Shown here: in pieces, positions 9,422 through 22,390 of the stretch
How positions within the stretch are numbered: the first letter of the stretch is position 1
How the letters are laid out: each line of letters opens with the position of its first letter
NCBI GenBank assembly: GCA_963848295.1
Contig: CAWKDB010000010.1
Span: forward strand, 1,504,001-1,568,000
From: an uncultured delta proteobacterium
GTDB taxonomy: Bacteria > Myxococcota_A > Polyangia > Haliangiales > Haliangiaceae
Length of the DNA: 64,000 nt
Direction of reading: 5' to 3'
Translations under genes and position numbers: made by a program
The notes under the pieces: generated by a model
Told to the model about the DNA's origin: nothing
What the model saw: only the letters and a program-made list of their open reading frames with translations
Databases searched by the model: none

Positions 9422-10609
9422 CTAGCCGCCGAGGGCGGCGATCAACTGCTCGGCGGTCGCGAGCGCGCGGTCGGTGTCGTCATCGAGCAGGAGCACGTGA
9501 CCCATCTTGCGGCCCGGCGCGGCGGCGTCCTTGCCGTAGAGATGGAGGTGCGCTTCGGGGCGCTCGAGCACGGGCGCCCACGACGGCGGACCCGAGCGCC
9601 ACAGATCGCCTGTCAGGTTGACCATCACCGCGCCGGTCAGCGCGCGCGGATCGCCGAGCGCGAGGCCGCAGATCGCGCGCACGTGTTGCTCGAACTGCGA
9701 GGTCGCACACGCGCCGTAGGTGTAGTGCCCGCTGTTGTGCGTGCGCGGCGCGATCTCGTTGACCAGCAGCTCGCCGCTCGCGAGCTCGAACAGCTCGACC
9801 GCCATCACGCCGACGTGATCGAGCGCCTCGGCGACGGTCACCGCGATGTGCTCGGCGCGGGTCTTCGCGGCGGGCGTGATCGGCGCGGGCGCGCGCGTCG
9901 TGTGCAGGATGTGCCGGCGGTGCACGTTCTCGGCGATCGGATAGATCCGGATCTCGCCGCTCGTCCCGCGGGCGAGCACGACCGAGATCTCGCGGGTGAA
10001 CGGCACGAGCGCCTCGGCGACCGCGGGCTCGCCGCGCAACCTCGCGACCTCGGCCGTCCCGTCGCCGCTCTCGATCCGGACCTGGCCTTTACCGTCGTAA
10101 CCGGCGCGGCGGACCTTCACGATCGCGGGGCGACCGAGCCGAGCGAGCGCGGACGACAGCTCGGCCGGCGTCGAGGCAGGGGCCCACGCGGCCTGCGGCA
10201 GCCCGAGCTCGTCGAGGAATTGCTTCTGGACCTGGCGGTCCTGGATCGTCCGCAGCACCGCGGCACTGGGCCGCACCGGCGCGATGTGCTCGAGCTCGGC
10301 GAGCAGGTCCGCGGGCACGTGCTCGGTGTCGAGCGTGATGACGTCGACCTGGCGCGCGAGGTGGCGCGCCGCTTCGAGATCGTCGAGCGCGCCGACGACG
10401 ACGCCATCGGACACCTGCGCGGTCGGACAGCGCGTGCTCGGATCGAGCACGACGACGCGGTAGCCCATCTGGCGCGCCGCGAGCGCCATCATCCGGCCGA
10501 GCTGACCGCCGCCGAGCACCCCGATCGTCCCGCCGGGCAGGACGGCCCGGATCGGCATGCGACCGTCAGCACCGCCGGATGGCGATGCGGTTCGATCGCC
10601 GGGGTTCAC
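9422..10609 (-). CDS. purK: N5-carboxyaminoimidazole ribonucleotide synthase
   Basis: [54 protein letters not shown] overlaps the purE stop (alternative ATG at 10558). Confidence 0.95.
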   Translation of the reverse strand: MNPGDRTASPSGGADGRMPIRAVLPGGTIGVLGGGQLGRMMALAARQMGYRVVVLDPSTRCPTAQVSDGVVVGALDDLEAARHLARQVDVITLDTEHVPADLLAELEHIAPVRPSAAVLRTIQDRQVQKQFLDELGLPQAAWAPASTPAELSSALARLGRPAIVKVRRAGYDGKGQVRIESGDGTAEVARLRGEPAVAEALVPFTREISVVLARGTSGEIRIYPIAENVHRRHILHTTRAPAPITPAAKTRAEHIAVTVAEALDHVGVMAVELFELASGELLVNEIAPRTHNSGHYTYGACATSQFEQHVRAICGLALGDPRALTGAVMVNLTGDLWRSGPPSWAPVLERPEAHLHLYGKDAAAPGRKMGHVLLLDDDTDRALATAEQLIAALGG

Positions 10610-11082
10610 GTCAGCTCGTCCTTCAACACGCGCGCGGTCTGGGCATCGCGATACGCCTCGAGCCGCGTCGCCAGCGCGGGATCGCCGAGCGCGATGATCG
10701 CCGCAGCGAGCAGGCCGGCGTTCGCTGCGCCGGCTTCGCCGATCGCGAGCGTGCCGACCGGGATACCTTTCGGCATCTGGACGATCGACAGCAGCGAGTC
10801 CATCCCGTTGAGGGCCTTCGACTGCACCGGCACGCCGAGCACCGGCAACCAGGTCTTCGCCGCGGTCATCCCCGGCAGGTGCGCGGCGCCACCCGCGCCG
10901 GCGATGATCACGCCGATCTCGCGTTCGGCCGCGGTCTCCGCATACTCGAACAGCAAGTCCGGCGTGCGGTGCGCCGACACGATGCGCTTCTCGTAGGGCA
11001 CGCCGAGCTCGTCGAGCACGTCAGCGGCGTGCTTCATCGTGGCCCAGTCGCTCTGCGAGCCCATGATGATTCCGACCTTCAT
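10606..11082 (-). CDS. purE: N5-CAIR mutase
   Basis: [38 protein letters not shown]. Confidence 0.97.
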   Translation of the reverse strand: MKVGIIMGSQSDWATMKHAADVLDELGVPYEKRIVSAHRTPDLLFEYAETAAEREIGVIIAGAGGAAHLPGMTAAKTWLPVLGVPVQSKALNGMDSLLSIVQMPKGIPVGTLAIGEAGAANAGLLAAAIIALGDPALATRLEAYRDAQTARVLKDELT

Positions 11083-12044
11083 GTCTGTCCTTTGGGCCCG
11101 GCGGCGCGGCGCAGCCGATCGCCGACAGCTTCGCCCAGCCCGACCGCCGGAGGCAACGCGGCGATCACGACATCTACACCGGCGGCGTCGAGATCGCGCA
11201 GCGCGGCGTACAGCTCGCGAGCGATCCCCGGCAGATCATCCGGCAACGGATGGGTAAGCGCGCGCAGGTCGGGCCACGCCGCGAACGCCGAGCGCGGCGC
11301 CAGGACCGCCACGATGCCGCGGGCCGCCGCGACCGCAGCGGGGACATCGGCCGGGTCCACCGCGATGACCTCGGCGCGCGGCGCGTAGTGGCTCGCGAGG
11401 GTACCCGGCGCGGCGGGGGCCGAGGCGTCGGCATCGGCGAGCGAGCCGACGATCGCCTCGATCGCTTCGCGCGCCATCCCGCCCGGGCGCAGCAGCGTCG
11501 GTCGATCGCGCGACAGGTCCACGATCGTCGACTCGACCCCGATGACGCAGGCGCCACCGTCGAGCAGGTAGTCGACCTCGTCGCCGAGATCGGCCGCCAC
11601 GTGGTCGGCGGTGGTCGGGCTGACTCGACCGAAGCGATTCGCACTCGGCGCCGCGATCGCGCCGCCGAACGCGCGCAACAGCTGCTGTGCGATCGAGTGC
11701 GCCGGCACGCGCAAGCCGACGGTGTCGGCGCCGCCGGTCGCCGCGAGCGAGACTCGTGGGCCGCGGCGCAGGATGATCGTGAGCGGGCCCGGCCACGCCG
11801 CCGCCGCGAGCGTGCGCGCGATCGGCGGAATCTCGATCGCGAAGTCGTCGAGCACGGCCTCGGGCCCGAGGTGCACGATCAACGGGTGCGCGCGCGGTCG
11901 GCCCTTCGCCGCGAAGATGTTCGCGACGGCCTGGTCGCTCGCGGCGTCCCCGCCGAGGCCATAGACCGTCTCGGTCGGAAACGCGACGAGCCCGCCGGCG
12001 CGCAGGACGCCGGCCGCCGCCTCGATGTCGGTGCCCCGCTTCAC
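11079..12044 (-). CDS. sua5: L-threonylcarbamoyladenylate synthase (Sua5-type, with C-terminal SUA5 domain)
   Basis: [54 protein letters not shown] at 12044 overlaps the upstream stop. Confidence 0.92.
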   Translation of the reverse strand: MKRGTDIEAAAGVLRAGGLVAFPTETVYGLGGDAASDQAVANIFAAKGRPRAHPLIVHLGPEAVLDDFAIEIPPIARTLAAAAWPGPLTIILRRGPRVSLAATGGADTVGLRVPAHSIAQQLLRAFGGAIAAPSANRFGRVSPTTADHVAADLGDEVDYLLDGGACVIGVESTIVDLSRDRPTLLRPGGMAREAIEAIVGSLADADASAPAAPGTLASHYAPRAEVIAVDPADVPAAVAAARGIVAVLAPRSAFAAWPDLRALTHPLPDDLPGIARELYAALRDLDAAGVDVVIAALPPAVGLGEAVGDRLRRAAGPKGQT

Positions 12045-12622
12045 GCTCCGGGCCGGGTTGCGACGAACGACGCGCGATCGCCCCAGGCGGCGCGCACGCC
12101 CTCCACCGAACGCACGCGCTCCATCGGGTACGTGTTGCGAAACTCCATCCAGTCGAGTGCGCACACCAGCGAGATCTCCGCGAGCCCCAGGCCGTGGCCG
12201 AAACCGCCGCCGTCTTCGTTCAGCTGATTCGCCAGCCAGTCGAAGATCGCGTCGGCGCGGGCGAGCTGGCGGTTGGCGTAGGGCGTGCCATCGATCGCGA
12301 CGCCGTCGCGCCGCAGATAGAACAGCTGGATCGTCGCATCGAGCGCGGCCTCGATCGCGTTCAGCACGTTGCGCTCGTCGCGCTCGACGATCGGCCCGCG
12401 TCCGTGTTGCGCGAACAGCTGCTCGATGATCGCGCGTGAATCGAACAGCGGCTCGCCGGCCACGATCGCGACCGGCACCTTGCGAATCGGCGAGACCTCG
12501 CGAAGCGCGGCTTGGCCGGCCTCGGTCGCGGTGTCGATCCGGTCGATCGGCTCGCCGAGCTCCGCGGCGACGATCCGGACGCGGCGGACGAAAGGCGACG
12601 TCGTGGTGCCGTAGAGCTGCAT
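12041..12622 (-). CDS. Glutathione S-transferase family protein
   Basis: TSPFVRRVRI, SPIRKVPV, LFDSRAI, GLAEISLVCALDW. Confidence 0.88.
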   Translation of the reverse strand: MQLYGTTTSPFVRRVRIVAAELGEPIDRIDTATEAGQAALREVSPIRKVPVAIVAGEPLFDSRAIIEQLFAQHGRGPIVERDERNVLNAIEAALDATIQLFYLRRDGVAIDGTPYANRQLARADAIFDWLANQLNEDGGGFGHGLGLAEISLVCALDWMEFRNTYPMERVRSVEGVRAAWGDRASFVATRPGA

Positions 12623-12641
12623 CGCCTACTAGGATACGCGA
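12623..12641. promoter_or_regulatory. Putative overlapping divergent -10 elements (TAGGAT on +, TATCCT on -)
   Basis: 19-bp gap between divergent starts; TAGGAT 12630-12635 lies 6 nt before GTG 12642, and TATCCT (12631-12636, minus) lies 8 nt before ATG 12622. Confidence 0.55.
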
Positions 12642-13010
12642 GTGGACGTGTTCTTGATCCGGCGTGCGACAGATCGCGAGCAGGCGACCCGTCTCGCCGA
12701 GCGGCTGCGCTGGCACGACTGCACCCCGACGCAGATCTGGGCGACCGGCGATGGCGTCGCGACCGCCGAGCGGCTCGCCGCGGTGATCGAAGCCGACGTC
12801 GCGATCGAGACGCGCGCGGAGCTCGACCCTTCGGCGTTGCCCGCGGACGCCGTGGTCATCATCGTCGCCGACGAGCCGGTGTTGTCCGCGCTCGCGACCG
12901 CGCTGCTCGCCACCGAGGTGATCCCGCTCGCGATCGCCGAGGCGCTGCGGATCAGCGATGGTCGGCTCAAGTGGCGGTTCGCGTGGGACGCGATCGCACC
13001 CGTGAAGTGA
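12642..13010 (+). CDS. SixA-like histidine-phosphatase-fold protein, degenerate
   Basis: VFLIRRA (RHG position), QATRLAERL, TAERLA, VIIVADEPVLS (cf. VGHEP); the catalytic His residues are absent. Confidence 0.5.
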   Translation: MDVFLIRRATDREQATRLAERLRWHDCTPTQIWATGDGVATAERLAAVIEADVAIETRAELDPSALPADAVVIIVADEPVLSALATALLATEVIPLAIAEALRISDGRLKWRFAWDAIAPVK

Positions 13011-14252
13011 TCACAGCAAGCCGACCGCGCGCTCGACCGCGAGCAACGCGAACGCCAGCGCGAGGCTGACCGCCGTGATCACCGCGCCGTAGCGCAGGAA
13101 CCGCCAGAAGCTGATGTGCAGCTTCGCGCCCTCGACCACGATGATGTTCGCGACGCTGCCGAACAACGTGAGGTTGCCGGACAGCGTGGACGCGACAGCG
13201 AGCATCACGTAGCCCCAGCGCGGGTCGGGCATGTGCGGAACCCAACCGACCGCGACGATCACGAGTGGCACGTTCGACACGAGATTCGACGCCAGGACGA
13301 CCAGCGCGATGAACGCGGCATCACCGACGACATCGCCGCGGCCGACGATCGGCGCGACCGCATCGAACATCCGCTCGAGCGCGCCGGTATGAGCGACGCC
13401 GGCGACCACGACGAACAGGCCCGCGAAGAACGCGAGCAGCGGCCAATCGACCACAGCGAACGCGCGGCGCTGAGCCTCGACGCTGGTCGACACGAGCAGC
13501 GCTGCAGCGGCGACCATCGCGGCGCCGGCGAGCGAGACGCCGGCGAGCGCGAGCCCCGCGAACAGGGCGAGAGCCGCGAGGCCTTTGCCGGTCGCGACGA
13601 CGTCGACCTTCGGCACTGGCGCGTGGAGCTCGCGCAGCCGGCGCGTCGGCAGCTCGTGACGGAACAACCATGCGAGCACGCCGCCGTTCGCCGCGAGGCA
13701 CACCGCGCCGATCGGCAGCATCAAGCCGAGGTAGTGCGCGAACCCGATCGCATCGTGCGCCGCCGCGCCGACGATCATGTTTTGTGGGTTGCCGGAGAAG
13801 CTGACGACGCCGCCGATGTTCGCGCCCGATGCGAGGGCGAGCAGAAACGGCAGAGGCTCGAGTGCGGCCTCGGCGGCGACCGTCACGACGAGCGGTGTCA
13901 GCACGACGCACACCGTGTCGTTCACGAGCAACGCGGATAGGCCACCGCCGACGAACGTGATCGCGAACAGCAGCGACCGGGCCGAATGTGCGCGGATCAG
14001 CACGTGGTGCGCGGCGAGCTTGAAGAACTGCGCCTCGCGCAGGTGCGCGGCGATCACGAGCACGCCGAACAGCAGCGCGATGACGTGGAGGTCGACCGCG
14101 GCGAGCGCGGCGTCGAGCGGCAGCCCGGCGACCGCGACCATCGCGACCGCGCCGACGATCGTGGCCGCCGGGCGATCGAACCCGAAGAAGCCGATCTTGC
14201 CGACAGCGATCAGCAGATACGTGGCGCAGAAGACGACGAGCGCGGCGGTCAC
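13011..14252 (-). CDS. Anion permease, ArsB/NhaD/CitMHS (YbiR-like) family
   Basis: Multiple TM helices; ALLVNDT, ANIGG..GNPQN, SNLVSNVP, TLSGNLTLFGSVANII. Confidence 0.88.
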   Translation of the reverse strand: MTAALVVFCATYLLIAVGKIGFFGFDRPAATIVGAVAMVAVAGLPLDAALAAVDLHVIALLFGVLVIAAHLREAQFFKLAAHHVLIRAHSARSLLFAITFVGGGLSALLVNDTVCVVLTPLVVTVAAEAALEPLPFLLALASGANIGGVVSFSGNPQNMIVGAAAHDAIGFAHYLGLMLPIGAVCLAANGGVLAWLFRHELPTRRLRELHAPVPKVDVVATGKGLAALALFAGLALAGVSLAGAAMVAAAALLVSTSVEAQRRAFAVVDWPLLAFFAGLFVVVAGVAHTGALERMFDAVAPIVGRGDVVGDAAFIALVVLASNLVSNVPLVIVAVGWVPHMPDPRWGYVMLAVASTLSGNLTLFGSVANIIVVEGAKLHISFWRFLRYGAVITAVSLALAFALLAVERAVGLL

Positions 14253-14351
14253 GAGCGGTCACGATACGCCTGCGACACCGGCGAGGCGACTTGGCCGCGC
14301 CGGTCAGCACGTGCCATAGATCGCGGCGCCGGGCTGCACGTCGCGACCTGG

Positions 14352-15110
<759 letters not shown>

Positions 15111-15125
15111 CATACATTCGGGTCC

Positions 15126-16087
<962 letters not shown>

Positions 16088-16091
<4 letters not shown>

Positions 16092-16885
16092 CCGCTGCGT
16101 TCGGTCGGATCTGGGCGATCGCCTTGAACACGTTCCGCGAGGCAGCGCGCCTGCGCGTGGTCTATGGCTTCGCGGTCGTCGTCGTGCTCGCGAACTTGTT
16201 CGCGATCGTGCTCGGCCGGCTGTCGGTGCACGAGGACACGCGGATCGCGCAGGACGTCGGGCTCGGCGCGATCTCGCTCGTCGGCTCGTTGACCGCGATC
16301 TTCCTCGGCCTGTTCCTGCTCTACACCGAGGTCCAGCGCCGCACGATCCACGCGATCGTCAGCAAGCCGATCGAGCGCTGGGAGTTCGTCATCGGCAAGT
16401 ACACCGGGATGGCGCTCGTCCTGACGCTGCTCGTCGCGTTGTTCGCCCTCGCGATGGTGTTGCTGTTGCTCCAGCAAGGTGTCGGCGTGTCGATGCCGGT
16501 GATCGAGGCGATCGTGCTCGCGTGGGTCGAGGTGCTCGTCGTCGCCGCGATCGCGATCTTCTTCTCGTCGTTCTCGACGCCGTTCCTGTCCGCGATCTTC
16601 GCGCTCGCGATCTGGGCGCTCGGGCGCGTCACCCCGGACATCGAAGCCGCCGCCCGCGACGGGGCGACCGCACTGAAAGTGACGGCTCGGATCGCGCTCG
16701 AGCTCGTGCCCGATCTGCACTTGTTCTCGCCATCCGGACGGATCGTCGACGGCGTCGCCACATCGATCCACGGCGACTTCGTGTCGTGGGGCTACGTCGC
16801 CACCGCGAGCTTGCACGGGTTGGGCTGGATCGTCGCGCTGCTCGCGGTCGCGTGCCTGGTGTTCCAGCGCCGAGACTTCGTGTGA
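16088..16885 (+). CDS. ABC-2 type permease (Myxococcus PilI-like)
   Basis: IALNTFREAAR, EVQRRTIHAIVSKPIERWEFVIGKY, C-terminal FQRRDF; ATGA overlap. Confidence 0.85.
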
Positions 16886-16943
16886 TGGGCGGTCGGGCTT
16901 TACAACGCCCGAGCCCCGTGCTTGCCTTCGCGCGGAGGCTACG

Positions 16944-18806
16944 ATGGCCAAGAACCTAGGCGGCGCGATCATCGATCTGCTCGACTCGGAGCGGGTCGAG
17001 CTCCGCGTGGCGGCCGCCACCGTGCTCGCGGTCGTGGGTAAGGGCGACAAGAGCGTGACCGAGGCGCTGACGACTCGACTCGGCGACAGCGACGCCGGGG
17101 TCCGCACGATCGCGCTCGAAGGGCTCGCGGCGATGGATCTGGGCGGCGCCGGAGGGTTTGCCACCAAGCTGGTGCCGTTGCTCCGCGGCGATGACGAATC
17201 GCTCGCGAATCGCGCCGCGCAGGTGCTCGCGCAACAAGGCGCCGCCGCCGAGGGCGCGCTGCGCAAAGAGGTCGCGGCCGGGCCGATCCCCGCGCGCCGG
17301 ACGATGGCGCAGCTGCTGCTCCGCCGCGGCACGCAACCGGCGATCGATGCGGTGCTCGATCAACTCCCCGACGACGAGTTCGGCGAACAAGCGCTCCAGC
17401 TCGTGCGCGCCGAGATCGACGCCGGCAACGACAAGCTCGCCGGCCAGATCGAGAAGTCGGCGGTGAGCCGCGCCGGCGAGACCGCGAAAGAGCTGCACAA
17501 GACCTGGGCGAAGGCCGAGAAGGCCGCCGAGGCCGCCGCGAAAGAGGCGGCGAAGGTCGCGAAGGCGGCAAAGAAGCCGAAAAATGGCAAGGCGACGAAC
17601 CCCCACAACGGCACGAACGGCCACGCGGTCGTTGCCGCGGATCCTCTGCGCGATCCCGAGGTCGCGCGCGGCGTGTCCGAGCTCGGCGCGTTGCTCCGGC
17701 TGATCGGTTACCTCGCGCGGCCGTCGACCCAGTCGCTGCTCGTCAAGTACAGCGATCCCGACCAGCCGCGGCCGATTCGCCTCGCCGCGATCGCGGGGTT
17801 GCGCCGGATCGTGGCGCAGAGTGAAGCGCGCGGCACCGAGAAGGTGATCGAGACGCTGATCGAGTACGCCGACGGCGACGATCACGCGGTCGCGCAATCG
17901 GCGGTCGATACGCTGCGCGGCGCGCGCATCCCGGAGTCACTCGCGAAGAAGTTCGGCGCGCTCGCGAAGTCGAGCAACGTCGCGGCGCAGAAGCTCGCGA
18001 TGGAGCGGCTGCCCGCGGGCGGCGGCGCGTCGGCGGTCAAGGCGCTGGTCGAGGCGATCGCCGGCAGCGATCCGCAGGCGCGCGATGCGGCGGCGCGCGG
18101 CTTGGCCAAGGCGCCCGAGGCGGTGTTGCCGCTGACCCGGGCGTTGCTCGCGACGGAGAACGAAGAGACCGCGCGCCGCTATGCCGGCGTGTTGCGCTCG
18201 CATCGCGGTCACGTCTCGAACCAGGCGATCGACGAGCTGGTCGACCAGGTTCGCAAGTACATGGAGCTCGGCTTCAAGGGCAAGGCCTCGGCAGACGAGG
18301 TCGTGCTCGAGCGCGTGATCGCGGAGCTGGTCGCGGACCTCGCGCCGGGCAAGCACGTCGAGCTGCTGTTCGAACGCGCGAAGCGGCTGCGCAAGGCCGG
18401 CAAGCCGGTCGAGGCGTTCGGCTCGTTGAAGCCGCTGCTCCGCTCGCGCGCCGATCTCGACGCCGCGATCGACGACGATCAGCGGTTCTTCCTCGCGCTG
18501 CTCGCCCTCGAGACCGCGGGCGAGAGCATGATCCGGAGTGCCCACACCGACGATCCGGTGTTCGCGCAGTTCTCGAAGCTCGCCGCGAACGGCTATCCCG
18601 TCGCGAAGCAGCTCGCGCGCGAGAAAGACGTGTCGGACGACGCGCTGTACGCCCTTGGCTTCCGGCTGATCGAATCGCACGATGGATCGAACGAAGAGCT
18701 CGGCGCCGAGTTACTCTCCGGCATCGTCGAAGAGCGCCCGCGCAGCAAGCTCGCGAAGGCGGCGAAGAACAAGCTCAAGCTCACTGGCCATTTGGACGAG
18801 GACTAA
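16944..18806 (+). CDS. HEAT/ARM-repeat protein
   Basis: Repeated LxDxDxxVR/AAxxL-type helices; GGAGG Shine-Dalgarno upstream. Confidence 0.7.
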   Translation: MAKNLGGAIIDLLDSERVELRVAAATVLAVVGKGDKSVTEALTTRLGDSDAGVRTIALEGLAAMDLGGAGGFATKLVPLLRGDDESLANRAAQVLAQQGAAAEGALRKEVAAGPIPARRTMAQLLLRRGTQPAIDAVLDQLPDDEFGEQALQLVRAEIDAGNDKLAGQIEKSAVSRAGETAKELHKTWAKAEKAAEAAAKEAAKVAKAAKKPKNGKATNPHNGTNGHAVVAADPLRDPEVARGVSELGALLRLIGYLARPSTQSLLVKYSDPDQPRPIRLAAIAGLRRIVAQSEARGTEKVIETLIEYADGDDHAVAQSAVDTLRGARIPESLAKKFGALAKSSNVAAQKLAMERLPAGGGASAVKALVEAIAGSDPQARDAAARGLAKAPEAVLPLTRALLATENEETARRYAGVLRSHRGHVSNQAIDELVDQVRKYMELGFKGKASADEVVLERVIAELVADLAPGKHVELLFERAKRLRKAGKPVEAFGSLKPLLRSRADLDAAIDDDQRFFLALLALETAGESMIRSAHTDDPVFAQFSKLAANGYPVAKQLAREKDVSDDALYALGFRLIESHDGSNEELGAELLSGIVEERPRSKLAKAAKNKLKLTGHLDED

Positions 18807-18809
18807 GCT

Positions 18810-19397
18810 TTGAACGTCGACGATTACATCGATTCGCTCCCCGAAGACCGTCGCATCGCGATCCGCTGCGTGCGCGAGCTCGTCAACTCGCGCCTGCCGC
18901 CGGGTTACGAGGAGGGGATGATGTACGGCCAGATCGCGTGGTTCGTGCCGTTCACCCGCCTCGCCGAAACCTACAACGATCAACCGCTCGCGCTCGCCGC
19001 GCTCGGCTCGCAGCGCAACCACATGGCGATCTACTTGATGAGCGTCTATGGCGACGAGGAGCTGCGCAAGTGGTTCGAGGCCGCCTACAAGAAGACCGGC
19101 AAGAAGCTCGACATGGGCAAGTCGTGCGTTCGCTTCAAGTCGCTCGACGGGCTTGCGCTCGATGTCGTCGGCGATGCGATCTCGAAGGTGCCGGTCGATG
19201 CGTACGTCGCGTCGTACGAGAAGAACCAAGCGCAGGCGGCGAAGGCCAAGCCCGCCGCGAAGCCGGCCAAGCCGGCCAAGCCCGCAAAGCCGGCGAAGAA
19301 GTCTGCGAAACCGGCGAAGAAAGCCGCAAAGCCGGCGAACAAGTCCGCGAAATCGACGAAGAAAGCCGCGAAGCGCAAACCCGCGAGACGCCGCTAA
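18810..19397 (+). CDS. DUF1801 (YdhG-like) protein with Lys/Ala/Pro-rich tail
   Basis: VDDYIDSLPEDRR, LPPGYEE..YG, QRNHMAIYL, KLDMGKSCVRFK, then PAKPAKK repeats; TTG start. Confidence 0.8.
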   Translation: MNVDDYIDSLPEDRRIAIRCVRELVNSRLPPGYEEGMMYGQIAWFVPFTRLAETYNDQPLALAALGSQRNHMAIYLMSVYGDEELRKWFEAAYKKTGKKLDMGKSCVRFKSLDGLALDVVGDAISKVPVDAYVASYEKNQAQAAKAKPAAKPAKPAKPAKPAKKSAKPAKKAAKPANKSAKSTKKAAKRKPARRR

Positions 19398-19430
19398 CCG
19401 ATCGCGTCGCGGATCGCGTATACGGGGCGG

Positions 19431-19982
19431 ATGAAAAGCTCCGCCACGCTCTCTGCCGTGATCCTCACCGTCGCGCTCGCGTTCACCGGCTGCAAGAAGA
19501 AGGACGACGCTGCCGCGGCGGACAAGGCTGCGCCGGCCGAGAAGCCGGCGGACAACGCCAAGCCGGCCGATAACGCGAAGCCGGCGGACAACGCGAAGCC
19601 GGCGGACAACGCGAAGCCCGCCGATACCGCGGCGACCGCCGACACCGCGAAGCCGGCCGACACCGCGACGCCCGCCGGCACCGCGATCAACGGCTACGAC
19701 GACTACAAAGCCAAGAGCCTCGCGCTCGCCGCGAAGATGGTCGCCGTGTTCAAGAAGGACGCGAACGATTGCGACGCGATCGCGAACGACGTGACCGCGA
19801 TCGTCAGCGACCCTGACTTCGTGAGCGTCAATGCCTACGAGAAGGGCCACGAAGCCGACAAGAAGAAGTTCGATACCGAGGCCGCCGCGATCGAGAAAGA
19901 CTTCGTCGCCGCGGCGACGCCGGTGATCACGAAGTGCAAGGACAACAAGAAGGTCCAGGACGTGTTCTCGAAGATGCAGTAG
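19431..19982 (+). CDS. Lipoprotein with KPADNA repeats
   Basis: FTGC lipobox, (AKPADN/T)n, helical C-terminal domain with Cys residues. Confidence 0.75.
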   Translation: MKSSATLSAVILTVALAFTGCKKKDDAAAADKAAPAEKPADNAKPADNAKPADNAKPADNAKPADTAATADTAKPADTATPAGTAINGYDDYKAKSLALAAKMVAVFKKDANDCDAIANDVTAIVSDPDFVSVNAYEKGHEADKKKFDTEAAAIEKDFVAAATPVITKCKDNKKVQDVFSKMQ

Positions 19983-19994
19983 CGCGCCGCGCGG

Positions 19995-20708
<714 letters not shown>

Positions 20709-20709
20709 A

Positions 20710-22224
20710 TCAGATCGGCAGCCAGATCGAGAAGGTCGCGCCCTGGCCAGGCTCGCTCGTGACCTCGACGTCGCCGTGGTGGGCGCGCGCGATATGACGG
20801 ACCAGCGCCAAACCGATGCCGGAGCCGCGGATCGGCTGCAGCCGCACCGCTCGCGCGCGATAGAACCGGTCGAAGATCTGCTCTTGCTCCTCGACCGCGA
20901 TGCCCGGGCCGAAATCGTGGACCGCGAGCACGAGCCGATCACCGTCGCGCGCGAGCGACAGCTCGATGCGCTTGCCCTCGGTCGCGTACTTGATCGCGTT
21001 ATCGATCAGGTTGAGCACTGCGAGCGTGAACGCATTCGCGTCGAGCTGGGCCGGCGGCAGATCGGGCGCGATCTTCGCCTCGAGCGTCATCTCGGCCGCG
21101 GCGAGCCGGCGTTGCGACAGATCGACCGCGCGCGCGACGACCTCGCCGACATCGGTCTCGGCGAACTCGTAGACGCCCATCCCGCGCTCGATCTTCGCGA
21201 AGTCGAGTACGTTATCGATCAGCCGGCCGAGCCGCACGCTCTCGCGCCAGATGATCTCGGCATATTCGGTCGCTTGGTCGGTGTTCTTCGTGCGGCCGTT
21301 CGCGAGCATCTCGCCGAACATCGAGATGATCGACAGCGGCGTCTTGAGCTCGTGCGACACGTTCGAGATGAACTCGCTCTTCAGCTCGTTCGACTTGCGC
21401 TCGCGGCGAATCGCGTATGCCAAGAAGGCCAGGCCGGCGAGGATCACGGTGACCGCGCCGCCGATCAGCACCGAGTTGATCGCATGACGCCGGCGTTGCT
21501 CCGCCTGCGCGTCGAGATCGCGCTCGGCGACGCGCAACAGCCAACCGTCGGCGGTCTCGGTGAACGGCACCGCGACCTCGAGGTTTTCCGGATCCGACGT
21601 GAACGGCTTGCCGTAGACCAAGCCGCCGCGCTCGTCGACCACCTCGTAGATCCACTTGTTCGAGTAGTTGAAGAACTGAGGGAACAACACGAACTCCCAG
21701 TGATTGATGTCGGCTTCGAGCACGATGTAGAAGGTCCGGTCGCCGGAGACTCGTCGCGTGTAGGCCAGCACGTACCAGTTGTCGCCGCGCCTCCCGTAGA
21801 CGTGGCCGCGCTCGCCCGCCTTCTGGGTCGCGAGCGGCAGCTTCGGGATCACGTTCGCGAGGAACCAGTCGCGGATCGCGAGCGCTTCTTTTTCATCGCG
21901 GCTGGACCACGAGCCGCCTGGCACGAGATGGAGCTGATCATCGAGCACGAGCAAGCTCGCGATCGCCGCACCCGAGTTGCGCACGAGGTCGCGAACGTAG
22001 CTGCCATCGCCGACCTTCTCGATCTCGAGGCTGTCGAACACCGTGCGGTCGTCGCGGACGATCAGCGATTCGAAGTTGAAGACCTTCTCCTCGGCGATGT
22101 CGTGCATGAGCTCGAGCTCGTGCTCGCGGTACTCGCTGGTATACGAATAGCCGTAATATGCGAGCGCCACCGCCGCGGCCAACACCGCGAAGATCAAGGC
22201 GTTCACGAGCAGGACGCGCCGCAC
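20710..22224 (-). CDS. Membrane sensor histidine kinase (HisKA/HATPase)
   Basis: Two TM helices; [31 protein letters not shown]. Confidence 0.93.
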   Translation of the reverse strand: MRRVLLVNALIFAVLAAAVALAYYGYSYTSEYREHELELMHDIAEEKVFNFESLIVRDDRTVFDSLEIEKVGDGSYVRDLVRNSGAAIASLLVLDDQLHLVPGGSWSSRDEKEALAIRDWFLANVIPKLPLATQKAGERGHVYGRRGDNWYVLAYTRRVSGDRTFYIVLEADINHWEFVLFPQFFNYSNKWIYEVVDERGGLVYGKPFTSDPENLEVAVPFTETADGWLLRVAERDLDAQAEQRRRHAINSVLIGGAVTVILAGLAFLAYAIRRERKSNELKSEFISNVSHELKTPLSIISMFGEMLANGRTKNTDQATEYAEIIWRESVRLGRLIDNVLDFAKIERGMGVYEFAETDVGEVVARAVDLSQRRLAAAEMTLEAKIAPDLPPAQLDANAFTLAVLNLIDNAIKYATEGKRIELSLARDGDRLVLAVHDFGPGIAVEEQEQIFDRFYRARAVRLQPIRGSGIGLALVRHIARAHHGDVEVTSEPGQGATFSIWLPI

Positions 22225-22390
22225 GGAGCGCAGATCCTGCCACTTCCCAGTTCACTTGTAAGTACGGAACGTTGCTCGGCGGTTTGGAATATGTTAGACG
22301 GCTAACTAAAGGGCGCGGAAATCCGGATTCTAGCGGATTGGTCGGATTTACAACTAGTTAGGCGCCGGGACACTCGTCAAAGAGGCAGGG

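Noticed and set aside
6660..9425. 921-aa + strand ORF and many other long overlapping ORFs (e.g. 533-2188, 3630-5678, 26889-28721, 45925-47877)
   Set aside because: These are antisense or alternate-frame shadows of well-supported genes; high GC suppresses stop codons and the translations are R/A/G-rich without motifs
11079..12716. 545-aa ORF suggesting a GST-Sua5 fusion (similarly the extended ORFs 23312-25297, 51404-52966, 54242-56953, 60762-62534)
   Set aside because: The N-terminal extensions are off-frame read-through across neighbouring genes; the true starts lie at overlap junctions or after -10-like motifs
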